Source of the DNA: the human T2T-CHM13v2.0 reference genome, Homo sapiens | NCBI RefSeq assembly: GCF_009914755.1 | Contig: NC_060938.1 | Strand: one strand, 5' to 3' | DNA length: 64,000 bases | Shown: positions 39,434-64,000 of the stretch, in pieces | Layout: each line of letters opens with the position of its first letter | Numbering within the stretch: the stretch's first letter is position 1 | Notes under the pieces: generated by a model | What the model saw: only the letters and a program-made list of their open reading frames with translations | What the model was told of the DNA's origin: nothing | Databases searched by the model: none | Translations under genes and position numbers: made by a program

Positions 39434-40105
39434 CTGTAAAAGGCAAGAAAGCAAAAGCTAATAGGAAAAGTGGAGGGAAAGGAGGAATGCTACAGATGTC
39501 TAGAAGGGTGTCATGCCAAAGGGTGCCTTTGGATTGTTGCTTTATTCTCTGAGCTTGAAGCCAAGTAGGAGGATTTGGGTTCTGGGATAGTTATCTGCTC
39601 CAGAGTGTTATAGGAACAAGCTTATTTATATTATGTGGGTATAAATTGGTCTGTTTTAAGAGAATCTGAGAGATAAAACCCTACACTTATGGAATTAATA
39701 AAGGGGAAAGATTAATTGAACGTGCAATAACACCTTTTTTTGGTGGTGATGAATGAAAAAGATAGGATTACTAATTAATATGTCAGAGATCATCTCAACT
39801 GAACATAAAGTTCACAAAATGTGATTTGACATTTGAAACTTGAATTTGGATAGAGCTCTTTAGGATCACATCTTTTGTAGAAATAAAAACAAACCTAATA
39901 TTTATTGAGCATTTTTCTAGCCTGGACACCACAGTAGGCAGGCTTGCATAGGTTGATTCACTTTTATTTCATTTAATCCTTGAAAATTCCCTGGGACTGT
40001 CTATTTTACAGATGGGAAAACTGAGGCTCAGAGAGCTAACATTTATTTTATAAAGTCACCCATGTGCATTTGGTAGGGTGAAAGTTTCCACCCAACTTTA
40101 CCTAC

Positions 40106-40199
40106 CTACCTGCACATCCCATGTTTTCTCCACTGTCATGAGATGCTGTTCTTATTTGTTGCATAAATGGAGGCATGTCTGTCCTGTAGAGCCCAGATA
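40106..40199 (-). other. Candidate ESR2 0X-type 5'UTR cassette exon (90-98 nt, tandem donors)
   Basis: Acceptor CATTTCATTCAACAG|TA, donors CAG|GTAG|GTAG|GTAAAG. Confidence 0.5.
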
Positions 40200-41114
40200 C
40201 TGTTGAATGAAATGTTGTCAATTTCTTGTCTAGGAATGACCACCTATGAGCATATTTATGTAACTTATTCTTTATTGATCTGCGTTGGACTGGGGCCCTC
40301 AGAGGGTAACAAGGACATAAGCAGCAAGACAGACCCAACCTGATACCTGGGCACCAGGACCATGAGACAAGGTTGCTCTGACCTGCAGTTTAAATGAACC
40401 ACCTGAGCAAGCAGCACCTGCAGCCAACTCTTTCTAAATCACACTCATGTGTTTCAGTCTTGATCTTTGCTATTTGTAAACAAACAGGTAAAAAATAACT
40501 TTTTGTCCTGTCCACTGCCCCTCAAAGGTACTTAAATTCCACACAAATCCCTTGCATACCTTAAGTTTCTAATTTTCTATGCATTTGAAATCAAACATGA
40601 AGCATACACATTTTTGTCCTTACTTCCAACTCTGCAGCAATTCTCTTGAGCTAGAAGAGAAACTAGCCCCTAGAGGTCATTGGCATGAATGTGAACACCC
40701 AGTTAAGAAAAAAAAAAAAAAAAGTTATAGGACTGTTAGAAATGGCGGCAAATTGTAATATGCAATTTCACAAATGACTCAAATGCAATTCTGAAAATGC
40801 AGCTTCCTTACATTTTCTGGCTCAGAAGATATTAATAAGTCAGCCAGTGTAATATTCCCTGAAATGAGATAAAAAAAAAAAAGGTACAGACAGACATGGC
40901 TTGAGACCATAGATAAGACTGTCTGATTTCATAGTTTAATATTTCAAAAAATATTTCAAAAATTTTGACTAAAGTTTTTTCTACATCTTCTTGTAAATGT
41001 ATCTAACATTTTCAATTTCTTTGTTCATATCATGGAAAGTTACTATAACTGCCTCATATTGTCCTTTAGACCCATAGCAACTAACTCTCCAGTGATGCTC
41101 ATTACAGAAATAGC

Positions 41115-41377
41115 TTTTTTTTTTTTTTTTTTTGAGACGGAGTCTCGCTCTGTCGCCCAGGCTAGAGTGCAGTGGCACAATCTTCCGCCTCAGCCCCCCA
41201 AGTAGCTGAGACTACAGGCACCCACCACCACACCCGGCTAATTTTTTTGTATTTTTTTAGTAGAGACAGGGTTTCACCGTGGTAGCCAGGATGGTCTCGA
41301 TCTCCTGGCCTCCTGATCCACCCGCCTCCGCCTCCCAAAGTGCTGGGATTACAGGCGTCAGCCACCGCGCCCAGCCC
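41115..41377 (-). mobile_element. AluY-like with internal deletion of about 40 nt
   Basis: Alu consensus. TSD agaaat(a/g)gctttt. Confidence 0.88.
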
Positions 41378-42173
41378 AGAAATGGCTTTTATAAAAATAC
41401 AGACTTGATTTTTTGTGCACAGAGCGTGCTTCTTTCACATATGTCACCGTTTGATCTGATGAACCTAACCAGAGAAAGGAATCGTTTTCTTCTCTCTTAT
41501 TCAGTCCTCTCCTTTGCTGGGAATTATAAACAGAAAATGAACTTCTCCAAGTAGTTCATGCAGCTACTTAAGGATCACCAATGCTGTTCCATGGGCCAGG
41601 ATCTCTGCATTCTCCTCTCCCCTCACATTGTTTCTCTTCCTTTTACATTCTCACATATTATTTTTCTACTGTCCAGGCAGTTTAGCTAACTAGCTTCTTA
41701 ATGGTTCTGCTCATAGTCAAGTCAAGTGCTTCCTCAGCCTGCTCCACGTATTCTACCACGCCACCAGCCACAGCTTACTAGGAGGACTGCTGTCCTGGCA
41801 TGACACTGGCTTCTAGTTAACAAAGAACTTGCATGGCCACATCATGCTGCATGTTCACACCAACCCTACAATGTTGATTTTATCACCAATTTGCTGACAA
41901 GGAAACTTGAGGGTGTTTTCCAGATTTGCACTCATAGGAACACAGGTCATCTGACTTCCATACAGATGCACACCTGCCTCCTTGCAAGAGATTCAGTTTC
42001 TGTGTTCCTAGCACTGAGGCTGTCAACATCTGCCATATTGCACTGCTACTATCTCACAGGCCTTTCAACCGGACCCCATCCCTTCCTTCTCATCCTACCT
42101 CTACCCTCCCTCATCTCAGTCTAAAATACCACTCAAGGGAGAAAATTCTTAACAACTTCTTTAGTTATTTTCA

Positions 42174-42478
<305 letters not shown>

Positions 42479-43082
42479 TTTTTTTCTGACACTCAGCATT
42501 ACATTTATTCTTTCATAAAACACTCTTCTTTGAGACTGCATCTTGCCCTCATGCATTTATCTCTTTGTGACAATGCTCCCTTAATGCTTGCAATACCTTA
42601 AGTGTCTACCTGAGACACAAGGAAATATGAGGGTGTTTGCTCACAGATGATGAGGAGGAGGCTATAACTACCATTCATTCAGCAGTTGCTTGTAAATCCT
42701 TTGCCTGCACTATTTAATTTTATCCTTAAAACAATCCAATGAGGTGGGTACTCCTTATGTCTCCATTTTACAGATGAGAAGATTAAGACTCAGAGAATTT
42801 AAGGAACTTGCCCAACAGCTAGTAAGTAGCAGAGGGTTCAAACCAGATCTGTTTCACACCAAAGCCCATTCTCTCTGAACTGCTGGTCTCCCTAAGACTT
42901 TATACACTAGCTGAAGGGAGAAGACAAATGCATAAGACAACCTACAATGCCTGTTGCAAATGATAAGTGACAAATTAATGGTGGCAATCAGGAATTTTGT
43001 GGACTTTCAGAAGGTAAGAAGTCACGTTCCCGCATGTTTGGGTTCTTCTGAGAGAGTTACAGTAACTCCCAGAGCTCCTTAC

Positions 43083-43295
43083 CAGGGCTAATTAGAGGGC
43101 GCTGATCTCCTCTGGGGTCTCTTCTGAATTACACAGGTGCATGGGCCCAGCCTTGAATCCTTCCCTTGGAGTCCCTCGTTCTTCCACTTTAGCACTGTGG
43201 AAGCTTCATTCAGGGCACCTGTAGGCTACAAACTACCTCCATCTGCTCTGTTTTTCAACCTAACCTTGTGGCTGGGAGAAGAGAGCCCAGGATTT
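43083..43295 (-). other. Candidate ESR2 0X-type 5'UTR cassette exon (213 nt)
   Basis: Strong acceptor CTTGTGTTCTCTGTTCTCTCCGTAG|AA, donor CTG|GTAAGG. Confidence 0.6.
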
Positions 43296-43814
43296 CTACG
43301 GAGAGAACAGAGAACACAAGGAAACTAGCGCACATAGATCAGAATTGCCCAGTGCAGGGATGGAACCCAGGCTTGGAGTTCCAAGGCTTGGGCCTAGGGT
43401 GGGTTTTCAGCACAAACACTTCCTAGTTGTGTGCCCTTCGACATTTTCCCAACTTCTTTGATTTTTCTCTGTAAAATGGGAATAGCACAAGAAGCTATTT
43501 CATAGAAATGACAAATTGCTGTAACGTGCCTGACACTTTGTAAATTCTCAATAAATAGTAGCTTGAAAACAACCCAGAGATCCTCAGATTGAAGGACTTC
43601 CCAGGTGTACAGAAGCCTTGGCCTAAGAGATGGCAAGGAGCAGGTTTTCCTCTTTGGGAAGTTTGGGCTCTGAGGGTAGAGAAGACAGTGAACGGATTAA
43701 ATGCCTGCCTGGAGTGTGTTGTGGAACTCTGCACACATCTCTTCAAGCAGGCCCAATTGTGAAGTTAGAGAAAGACCCCTGACACCTGACCCAATTATAA
43801 GAGTAATTTGCAGC

Positions 43815-44345
<531 letters not shown>

Positions 44346-44434
44346 TTTAAGCATTCAAAGAACTTATGTGTCCTCTATGTAATAGAATCTACATAATGAG
44401 CAGATTTATCATCCCCACTTTACAGGAAAAGTAA

Positions 44435-44810
<376 letters not shown>

Positions 44811-45741
44811 AAGAGAGCCTACTGTTAAATGTTCAAGGAATTTGCAATTCGGTGATTAAACCCCGAGTGGCTTGAATTTGGCCATGGTGGAATAACTACA
44901 CTCCAGATTTCTCCTCGCCAGAAGGGAGCTCACAGGTGCTCAGGTCGGCTTCTTTTTTCAAACAACCCAGGGCACTGATAGAAGTGAACACTTCTTGGCT
45001 GTTCTCTTGTTTTGGGTGCATGGCTCAGTTTGAATATTGTCTTTTTCTCTACTGAAATTCATAAACATTACATACAAATCAGCAATCTAGGGCTTTTTTT
45101 TTTTTTTTAAAGAGCTGGTTTACTAGCACATCACTGAGTCAGGGTCAGTAGTTTGTCTGACTGTTAGCAAAAAAGCTGAAGTTCACCTGTGTTCTCGCTC
45201 CTTAATCCATGTGCATTCTCCTCCTGCTCCCTCTATCGTCCCTTCAACCTCCAGTCCTGGATAGCGTTAAGGGCTCAAATTCTAACAAGGATCACCTGCT
45301 AGAGAGTTGGTTCAGAATTTCTAAAGACTTTAAGTGATCATTCTTTTCCACAACAGGTTGATGTCTCCCTCTAGTGGATAGGAAAGAGTAAGACAAGTTT
45401 TTAGATCATTGTATATGTGTAACATGTTGAAATATATAGAGAGCTAATTTCCAATAGCAGCACAAAAATTTCCTTTTTATTCATTTAATATTTCATTCAC
45501 TCAGCATTTATGATTTGCTTACTATGTGCCAGATATTGAGGTATAAAGATAAAAAAATGAGAAAAGTCACTATATACTGAGAAAGACTGCCAAGATACAT
45601 TGAGAAGAAAATCAGAGTGCAGAACGTTATGAAAAATATACTATCATTTGTTTATAAAGGCAAAAGAAAGAATACATACATACATTCACATAGGATATAT
45701 TTAGAGAGACACACAAAATACTGTTAATATTAGTTGGTTTT

Positions 45742-47952
<2,211 letters not shown>

Positions 47953-48189
47953 AATACTACATTGTGCAAGAAACACCTGCATTTTGGCTCTTAAGAAGAA
48001 TTAAACAAGTTAATTTGTCTTTTTTCTCATCTAAATGCTTCTGCTACTCCACTCCGTCCTGTCCTTAAAAGTAATGTTTATCTCTGACATCAGCAGCAAC
48101 ACAAACCTTCATGGCATTTGGACATAGTTGGATTTTGTTTCAAGGACTTGGAAACCAGAAAAAGACAAACAAAGGGCCCCTATACCTAG

Positions 48190-50652
<2,463 letters not shown>

Positions 50653-50943
50653 CCCCTCAGTTTCTTTCTTTGTTAAAAAGAAAGAAAATAAAAAAGAAAA
50701 GAGAAAAGAAAGAAAAGAAAATGAAAAGAAAAGAAAAGAGGAATAATACCTAGGCATTTGGTGAGGATCAAATAACATACCTAAAGCATATGACACAGTG
50801 CTTAATGTGCAGTTGTTGTTCAGTAAACGGTAGCTATTATTGCCAGATTCTTCTGTCACCACAAAAGTGGAATTATCTGGCATTTCTAGAGTCCCTAAAG
50901 AACAAAAGGAGAGCCCCTGTAACTCATACTCATTTACTGCTTA

Positions 50944-52816
<1,873 letters not shown>

Positions 52817-53055
52817 CTGAAATTACAGTGAAAGAATATTAACTTAGGAGTTGGTTCCAAAATAATTATGGAGCCCTAGTGACTTACAGGGGGTTAAGCA
52901 ATACTAAAGAAAATTATTAATATTTTAAAATGCATTTAAAGGAGAACTTATATTACTTTACAAAACTCTAACTTAAATTTGTGTTTGGGCTTCTTGACGT
53001 TTCAAAACCTACTGTTTGATTCACTGCTGGTAGAACAATTTTGCTTTACATTTTA

Positions 53056-53550
<495 letters not shown>

Positions 53551-54184
53551 ACTTACTAAATAATGAAGTTCTCCAAACAGAAAGAAAATGATTTTTAAAA
53601 ATGAAGGAATCTTGGAACATCAGGAGACAGAAAATATAATGAGCAAAACTGTGGGTAAATACAATAGGCTTTCCTTCTCTTGAGTTTTCTAAAATATGTT
53701 TGATGGTTAAAGCAAAAACTATAACACTGTATGATGTGGTTCTAAATGTATGAAGAGGAAATAGCTAAGATAATTATATAAACAGGGAAAAGTAGAGACA
53801 TAATGGAAGCTAAGAGTTCTATACTTTACTCAAACTGGTAAAATGACATCAATACACTGTATTAAGTCATATATACAAAATGTAATACCTGGAGCAACCA
53901 CTAAAAAAGCTATACCAAATATATATGTTTATCATCAAAAACTATAAATAATTCAAAATGGAATTCTAAAAAATGTTTCAGGAACAAGCATGAAATTAGG
54001 AAAAAGAAAACAGAAATTTAAAAAACAGAGAAAACAAAATGAAAAGGAAGACTTAAGCCCTAATATAGCAATAATTACATTAAATGTAAATGGTCTAGAT
54101 ACACCAGTTAGGCCGGGCGCAGTGTCTCACACCTGTAATCCCAGCACTTTGGGAGGCCGAAGCAAGCAGATCACTTGAAGTCAG

Positions 54185-54419
54185 TGTAGGAATTAAAGAA
54201 AGAGGAGAGAAAAGAAAGGTGGCTTGCCAGTCAAGACAGGTTTATTTTAGAAAAAACAAACCTGAGAGGGGCGTCTGGCTGAGTTAGGTCAGAGGCACAT
54301 CCTCTTACAGACTAAGCATTTTTAAGGATTCAGGATGGGAGAGTTTATCAGAGGCTTGGACTGCTTCTGTGTCTCTTTGTTGTGCTTATTTGGGAGAGTT
54401 GTGTGTCTGTTCCCATACA
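54185..54419 (-). mobile_element. Short solo ERV LTR inserted inside an Alu (54111-54640)
   Basis: TGTA...TACA termini, AATAAA on minus at 54241-54246, flanking gtcag/gtcaa duplication of Alu sequence. Family not firmly assigned. Confidence 0.75.
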
Positions 54420-54456
54420 GTCAAAAGTTCAAGACCAGCCTGGCCAGTCTCTACTA

Positions 54457-54585
<129 letters not shown>

Positions 54586-55024
54586 CTACAGCCTGGGGAA
54601 CAGAGTGAGACTCCATCACAAAAAGAAAAAAATAAATAAAAATAAATACCCCAGTTAAAAGACAGAGTTAGCAGAGGGGATTTAAAAGATGTTTAACTAT
54701 ATGGTATCTATAAGAAACTCTTCAAATAAAAATATAAGGAATTTGACAGTAAGAGGATGGAAAAAATATGTTATGCAAATATTAAAGGAAAGTGTCAAAC
54801 AAAGTAGACTTCAGAGCAAATAAAATTACCAGACACAGGGAGGGACATTATATAATAACAAAAGGATCAATCAACCAAGAAGACACAGTAATCTTAAATG
54901 CCCCCAAACAACAAAGTTATAAGATATGTGAAGCAAAAACTGATAGAAATGAAAGAAAAAAGGTCAGGCATGATAGCTCATGCCTATAATCCCAGCATTT
55001 TGGGAGGCCAAGGCGGGTGTATCA

Positions 55025-55378
<354 letters not shown>

Positions 55379-56161
55379 TCACAAGGTCAGGAGATCGAGA
55401 CCATCCTGGCACCCCACCTCTACCAAAAATACAAAAAAAATTAGCCAGGCGTGGTGGCGGGTGCCTGTAGTCCCAGCTACTCGGGAGGCTGAGGTAGGAG
55501 AATGGCATGAACCCAGGAGGTGGAGCTTGCAGTGAGTGGAGATCTCGCCACTTCACTCCAGCCAGGGCAACACAGGGAGACTCTGTCTCAAAAAAAAAAA
55601 AAAGAAAGAAAGAAAGAAAGAAGAAAGAGAAAAATCCACTATTGTTGGAGGATTCAGCTCCTCTCTCAGTTGATAGAATGAGATAGATAATCAGCACGAA
55701 CATAGAAAAACTCAACCACACCAGCATCAACAAAATCCAATTGACATTTGTAGAATACTCCACCCTACAAGAGCAGGCTACACAACCTTTTGAGGGTCTA
55801 TGCAAGAAATAGTAAGATAGACCATATCCTGAGCATTAAAACAAACATCAAAATATTTACAAGAATTGAAATCGTATAGAATGTGATTTCTGACCACAGT
55901 GGAATCAAACTAGAAACCAATAACAGATAACAGGAAAATCTCCAATCACATGGAAATGAAACAAGTACTCCTAAATAAAACATAGGTCAAGGGAAATTTT
56001 AAAAATACATGGAACTGAATGAAAATGAAAATAAAACATATCAACACTTGAGGGACACAGCTAAAGCACCACCAAGAGGGAAATTTATAGCACTAAATGT
56101 GTGTATTAGAAAAGAGGGAAGATCTCAAATTAATAATCTATGCTCCCACACCAAGAACCTA

Positions 56162-56737
<576 letters not shown>

Positions 56738-56746
56738 TCAAGGTTA

Positions 56747-56995
<249 letters not shown>

Positions 56996-57116
56996 CTAGT
57001 TACCAGTATTCAGAATGCAAGGTCTATTACTACAGACTATACAGATGTCTAAAAAATAATAAGGAATTATTATAAACAACTCTACACACATAAACTGGAC
57101 AATTTACATTAAATGA

Positions 57117-57497
<381 letters not shown>

Positions 57498-58176
57498 TAG
57501 AACTACAGGTGCGTGCCACCACGCCCAGCTAATTTTTGTATTTTTAGTAGAGAGAGTGTTTCACCATGTTGGCCAGGATGGTCTCCATCTCTTGACCTCG
57601 TGATCCACCCGCCTCAGCCTCCCAGAGTGCTGGGATTACAGGCATGTGCCACCACGCCTGGCCTTAAGCAGATAATCTTAATTGCCCTTAACTATTAAAG
57701 AGATTGAATTTATAATTTATTTTTACTTTTTTATTTTTTAGAGGCAGTGTCTCACTGTCACCCAGGCTGGAGTGCAGCAGCATGATCATAGCTCATTGTA
57801 GCTTTGAACTCCTAGGCTCAAGACATCTTCCCACCTCAGCTTCTCGAGTAGCTAAGACTATAGGCACATGCCACCATGCCCAGCTAATTTTTTTTTTTTT
57901 TCTGTAGAGACAGGGTCTCACTCTATTGCCCAGGCTGGTCTCAAACTCCTGGGCTCAAGTGATCCTCCTGCCTCAGCCTCCCAACGTGCTGGGATTACTG
58001 CATGAGCCACAGTGCCCAGCCAGAATTTATAATTTTAAAACTTCCCATAACAGAAATCTCCATATCCGGATGGTCTCACTGGAGAATTCTATCAAATCTT
58101 AAAAGAAGAGTTAACACTAATCCTACACAATATCTTCCAAAAAATAGACACAGAGAATACTTCTAAATTCATTTTA

Positions 58177-58374
<198 letters not shown>

Positions 58375-58377
58375 TCA

Positions 58378-58551
<174 letters not shown>

Positions 58552-58611
58552 CTAATATACCACATGAATATATACAAAAATCCTTAACAAAATATTATCA
58601 AATCAAATTCA

Positions 58612-59384
<773 letters not shown>

Positions 59385-59905
59385 GGCCTTAATTCCAGAG
59401 ATGCAAGGGTGGTTCAACCTTCAAAAATCAATGTAACTCACTATGTTAACAGGCTAGAAAAGAAAAACATATGATCATATCAATAGACACAGAAAAAGCA
59501 TGACAAAATTCAACACCACTCATAAAAATAAACTCAGAAAAACAGGAATACAGGGGAGCTTTCTCAACTTGATAACAAGCATCTATAAAAAAATCTATAT
59601 TTAACATTACATTTAATGGTGAAAGACTGAATGCTTTCCCTCTAAGATTGAAAACAGGATATCCATGCTTATTGTTCTTATTCAGTACAATGCTAGAAGA
59701 TCTAGCCAGTGCAATGAGGCAAGAAAAGAAAAGAAAATTAATACAGATTGAAAAGGAAGAAATGAAACTGTTTTTGTTCACAGATTACATGATTCTCTAT
59801 GTAGAGAATCCCAAAGAATTGACTTTTAAAATTTCTGGAACTAATAAACAATTACAGCAAGGTTGCAAAATACAAAGTTAATATACAAAGTCAATTGCTT
59901 TCCTA

Positions 59906-60147
<242 letters not shown>

Positions 60148-60247
60148 TTAGGCAGGAGCATCCTTTGAATCTGGGATGCAAAAGTTGCAGTGAGCCAAGA
60201 TCGTGCCACCACACTCTAGCCTGGGCGACAAGAACGAAACTCCATCT

Positions 60248-60281
<34 letters not shown>

Positions 60282-60551
60282 AAATTATCAAGCAAGTTAA
60301 ATACTTAGGTATAAATCTAACAAAATATGCTGGGTGTGGTGGCTCACATCTGTAATCCCAGCACCCCAGGAGGCCATGGTGGGAGGATCATTTGAGGCCA
60401 GGAATTAGAAACTAGCCAGGTCAACACAGCAAGATTCCATCTCTACAAAAGAAAAAATTTTAAATTAGCTAGCCAGGTGTTGTGGTTCATGCCTGTAATC
60501 CCAGCACTTTGGCAGGCCAAGGCAGGCAGATTGCTTAAGCCCAAGAGTTCA

Positions 60552-60773
<222 letters not shown>

Positions 60774-62283
60774 CTAAATGAGGACTATTTTAAAACTTGG
60801 ATGAAAGAAATTAAAGAAATAGACTCATCCAAAGTCTGATCTTTAACAAAGGAACAAGGCAATTCAATCAAGAAAGGATAGTCTTTTCAACACATGGTAC
60901 TAGAACAACTACATACAACTACATATCCACATTAACAAAAAATGAATCCAGACACAGACCTCATACCACCTTCACAAAAACTAACTCAAAATACATCACA
61001 GACCTAAATGTAAAGTACAAAACTATAAAACTCCTAGAAGACAACGTAGGAGAAAATGTAAGTGACCTAGGTTTAGAGATGATTTTTTGGATACAATAGA
61101 AAAGCAAGATTCATGAAAAAAAAAACTGACAAGTTGGACTTCATTAAAACTAAAAAGTATGCCCTGTGATAGAGACTATTAAGAAAATAAAAAAGACAAG
61201 CCACAGACTGGGAGATAATTGTTGCAAAAGATATATCTGATAAAGGATTGTTATCCCAAAATATACAAATAAAATTTAAAATTCAACAACTAGAAAATAA
61301 AGAACTCAATTTAAAAATGGCAAAAGTTCTGAACAAAAGTTCTCATCAAAGAAGATATACAGATGGCAAATAAGCATATGAAAAGATGTTCAACATCATA
61401 TGTCATTAGGGAACTGCAATTAAAACAATGATGAGATACCACTACACACCTATTCAAATGGCTAAAATCCAGAACACTGACAACACCAAATGCTGGTGAG
61501 GATGTGAGAGTGACAGCAATAGCTCTCATTCATTGCTGATGGAAATGCAAAATGGAACAGCCATTTTGTAAAACAGTTTGGCAGTTTCTAACAAAACTAA
61601 ACATATTCTTACAATAAGACTCAGAAATAGTACTCCTTGGTTTTTACCCAGGTGAAGTGAAAATTTATGTCCACATAAAAACCTGCACTTGAATGCTTAT
61701 AGCAGCTTTATTTATAATTGTCAAAAATTGGAAGCAACGAAGATTTACCATTAGGTAAATGGAAAGCTAAAATGTAGTAAGTCTGCACAACAGAATATTA
61801 TTTGCAAAAAAAAAATGCTTTTTATTCACATTGCAATAAAAAGCAATGAGCTATTAAGCCACCAAAAGACATGGAGAAAACTTTAATGCATATTACTAAG
61901 TGAAAGAAGCCAATCTGAAAAGGTTATATCTGTATGATTCCAAATACACGACATTCTGGAAAAGACAAAACTACGGAGGTAGTAAAAAGATCAAGCCGGG
62001 CATGGTGGCATACACCTGTAGTCCCAGCTACTCAGGAGGCTAAGGCAGGAGAATTGCTTTAGCCCAGGAGTTTGAGATAAGCCTGGGCAACATAGCGAGA
62101 CATCCATCTCAAAAAAAAAAAGTTGTGGTTGCCAGAGGTTTGCAGGAGGAGGAAGGAATGAACAGATGGAACACAGGACATTTTTAGGGCAGTGAAACCA
62201 TTCTGTATGATGATGTAATGATGGATACTTGTAATTATACACTTTTCAAAACCCATAGAATGTACATTACAGAATGAATCCTA

Positions 62284-62603
<320 letters not shown>

Positions 62604-63434
62604 TCAATAATAATAATAATAATAATGTATTAATGTTAACTCAATTGTAACAAATTTACCACACTAATGCAATTTGTTACTGTGAAGATGGGGAAGGAAG
62701 TTTATGGGATCTCTGTACTTTATAGTCAATTTTTCTGTAACCCTATAATTGCTTCCAAAAATAAAGTATTATTTTTTAATGTGGCATATCCACACAATAG
62801 AATACCATTAAATAATAAAAAGAACACAATACTGATGAATGCTACAACATAGATGGACCTCAAAAACAATGCTAATTTTAAAAACTAGATGCAAAAGACT
62901 ACATATTAAAGTTATTTATTTCTATGAAATGTCCAAAAAAAGGAAAATGTATACACACAGAAAGCAGATTGGTGGTTGCCCGGCACTAGTGATGGAAGAG
63001 GGCATTAATTGTCTAGAAGCAAAAAAAAAAAAAAATCTTTTTTGGGTGATGGAAATGTTCTAAACCTGGATTGTGGTGGCATTTGCACAACTTTATTAAC
63101 TTACTAAAAATCATTGAATTGTAGACTTTAAATGAGTGAATTTTATGGCATGTAAATATCCCAATAATGATTTTTTAATCACATAAACAAAATGATAGAC
63201 ATAAACACATTTAAGTGAGGCTACCTATGGGCATAAGGAATGGAAGTGGGGAATGGAACCAAAAACAATAAAATTAAATAGAGATGGACCATTATGTCCC
63301 CAATGACAAGACACTATTTAAGAAATTTGATTAGCACAATCTTCTGCACCTAAGATCCAAATTATGGGAAGAAGGAGGCAATTTGTAGAAAAGAAAAGCC
63401 CAGTGGTCAACAGGCATATATGAAGATGCTTACC

Positions 63435-63769
63435 AGCCATTAAAAAGAATGAGATCACATCCTTTGCAGCAACATAGATGGAACTGGCAGCCATTATCCT
63501 AAGCAGATTAACACAAGAACAGAAAGCCAAATACCACATGTTCTCACTTATAAGTGGGAGCTAAACATTGAATACACATAAACATAAAGGTGGGAACAAT
63601 AGACACTGGGGACTACCAGACATGGGAGAGAGGGGACATGGGATGCAAAATCACCTATTGGGTACTAAGCTCATTACCTGGTGACGTAACCCAAACCTCA
63701 GCATCACGCATTATGCCCATGTAACAAACCTGCACATGTACCCCTTAATCTATAATAAAAATAAAAATT

Positions 63770-63770
<1 letters not shown>
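63435..63770 (+). mobile_element. L1PA/L1PB-type 3' end
   Basis: cagccattaaaaagaatgagatc...atgttctcacttataagtgggagcta...aacaaacctgcacatgtaccc. Confidence 0.85.

Positions 63771-64000
<230 letters not shown>

Noticed and set aside
59648-59881. Reverse-transcriptase-like and endonuclease-like peptides
   Set aside because: Fragments of dead L1 ORF2 with a mutated catalytic motif, not a domesticated gene or novel RT system.

Overview
Human (primate) genomic DNA containing the 5' half of ESR2 (estrogen receptor beta) on the minus strand. It holds the CpG-island promoter and non-coding exon 0N (about 35748-36125) and the first four coding exons (24339-24700, 21696-21868, 10510-10626, 2163-2462; 952 coding nt, about residues 1-317: AF-1, both zinc fingers, hinge, start of the LBD). 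The rest of the gene lies left of the window. Upstream of 0N are several well-formed minus-strand cassette exons that fit the 0X-type 5'UTR exons of transcripts from a more distal promoter. Most remaining sequence is repeat: about 65 Alus, three large decayed L1 blocks, LTRs, MER5 and MIR/L2. Nearly all ORF-track entries are Alu/L1 artefacts. No prokaryote-type system is present. The best leads are (1) a U1-snRNA-mimicking hairpin that can hide the 5' splice site of the first coding exon, (2) a possible fossil protein-coding 3' end at about 51.0-52.8 kb that reappears when an Alu is removed, and (3) layered uORF/structure control of the 5'UTR, including a frameshifted ancestral AUG. Repeat subfamilies were assigned by eye and repeat boundaries are approximate.
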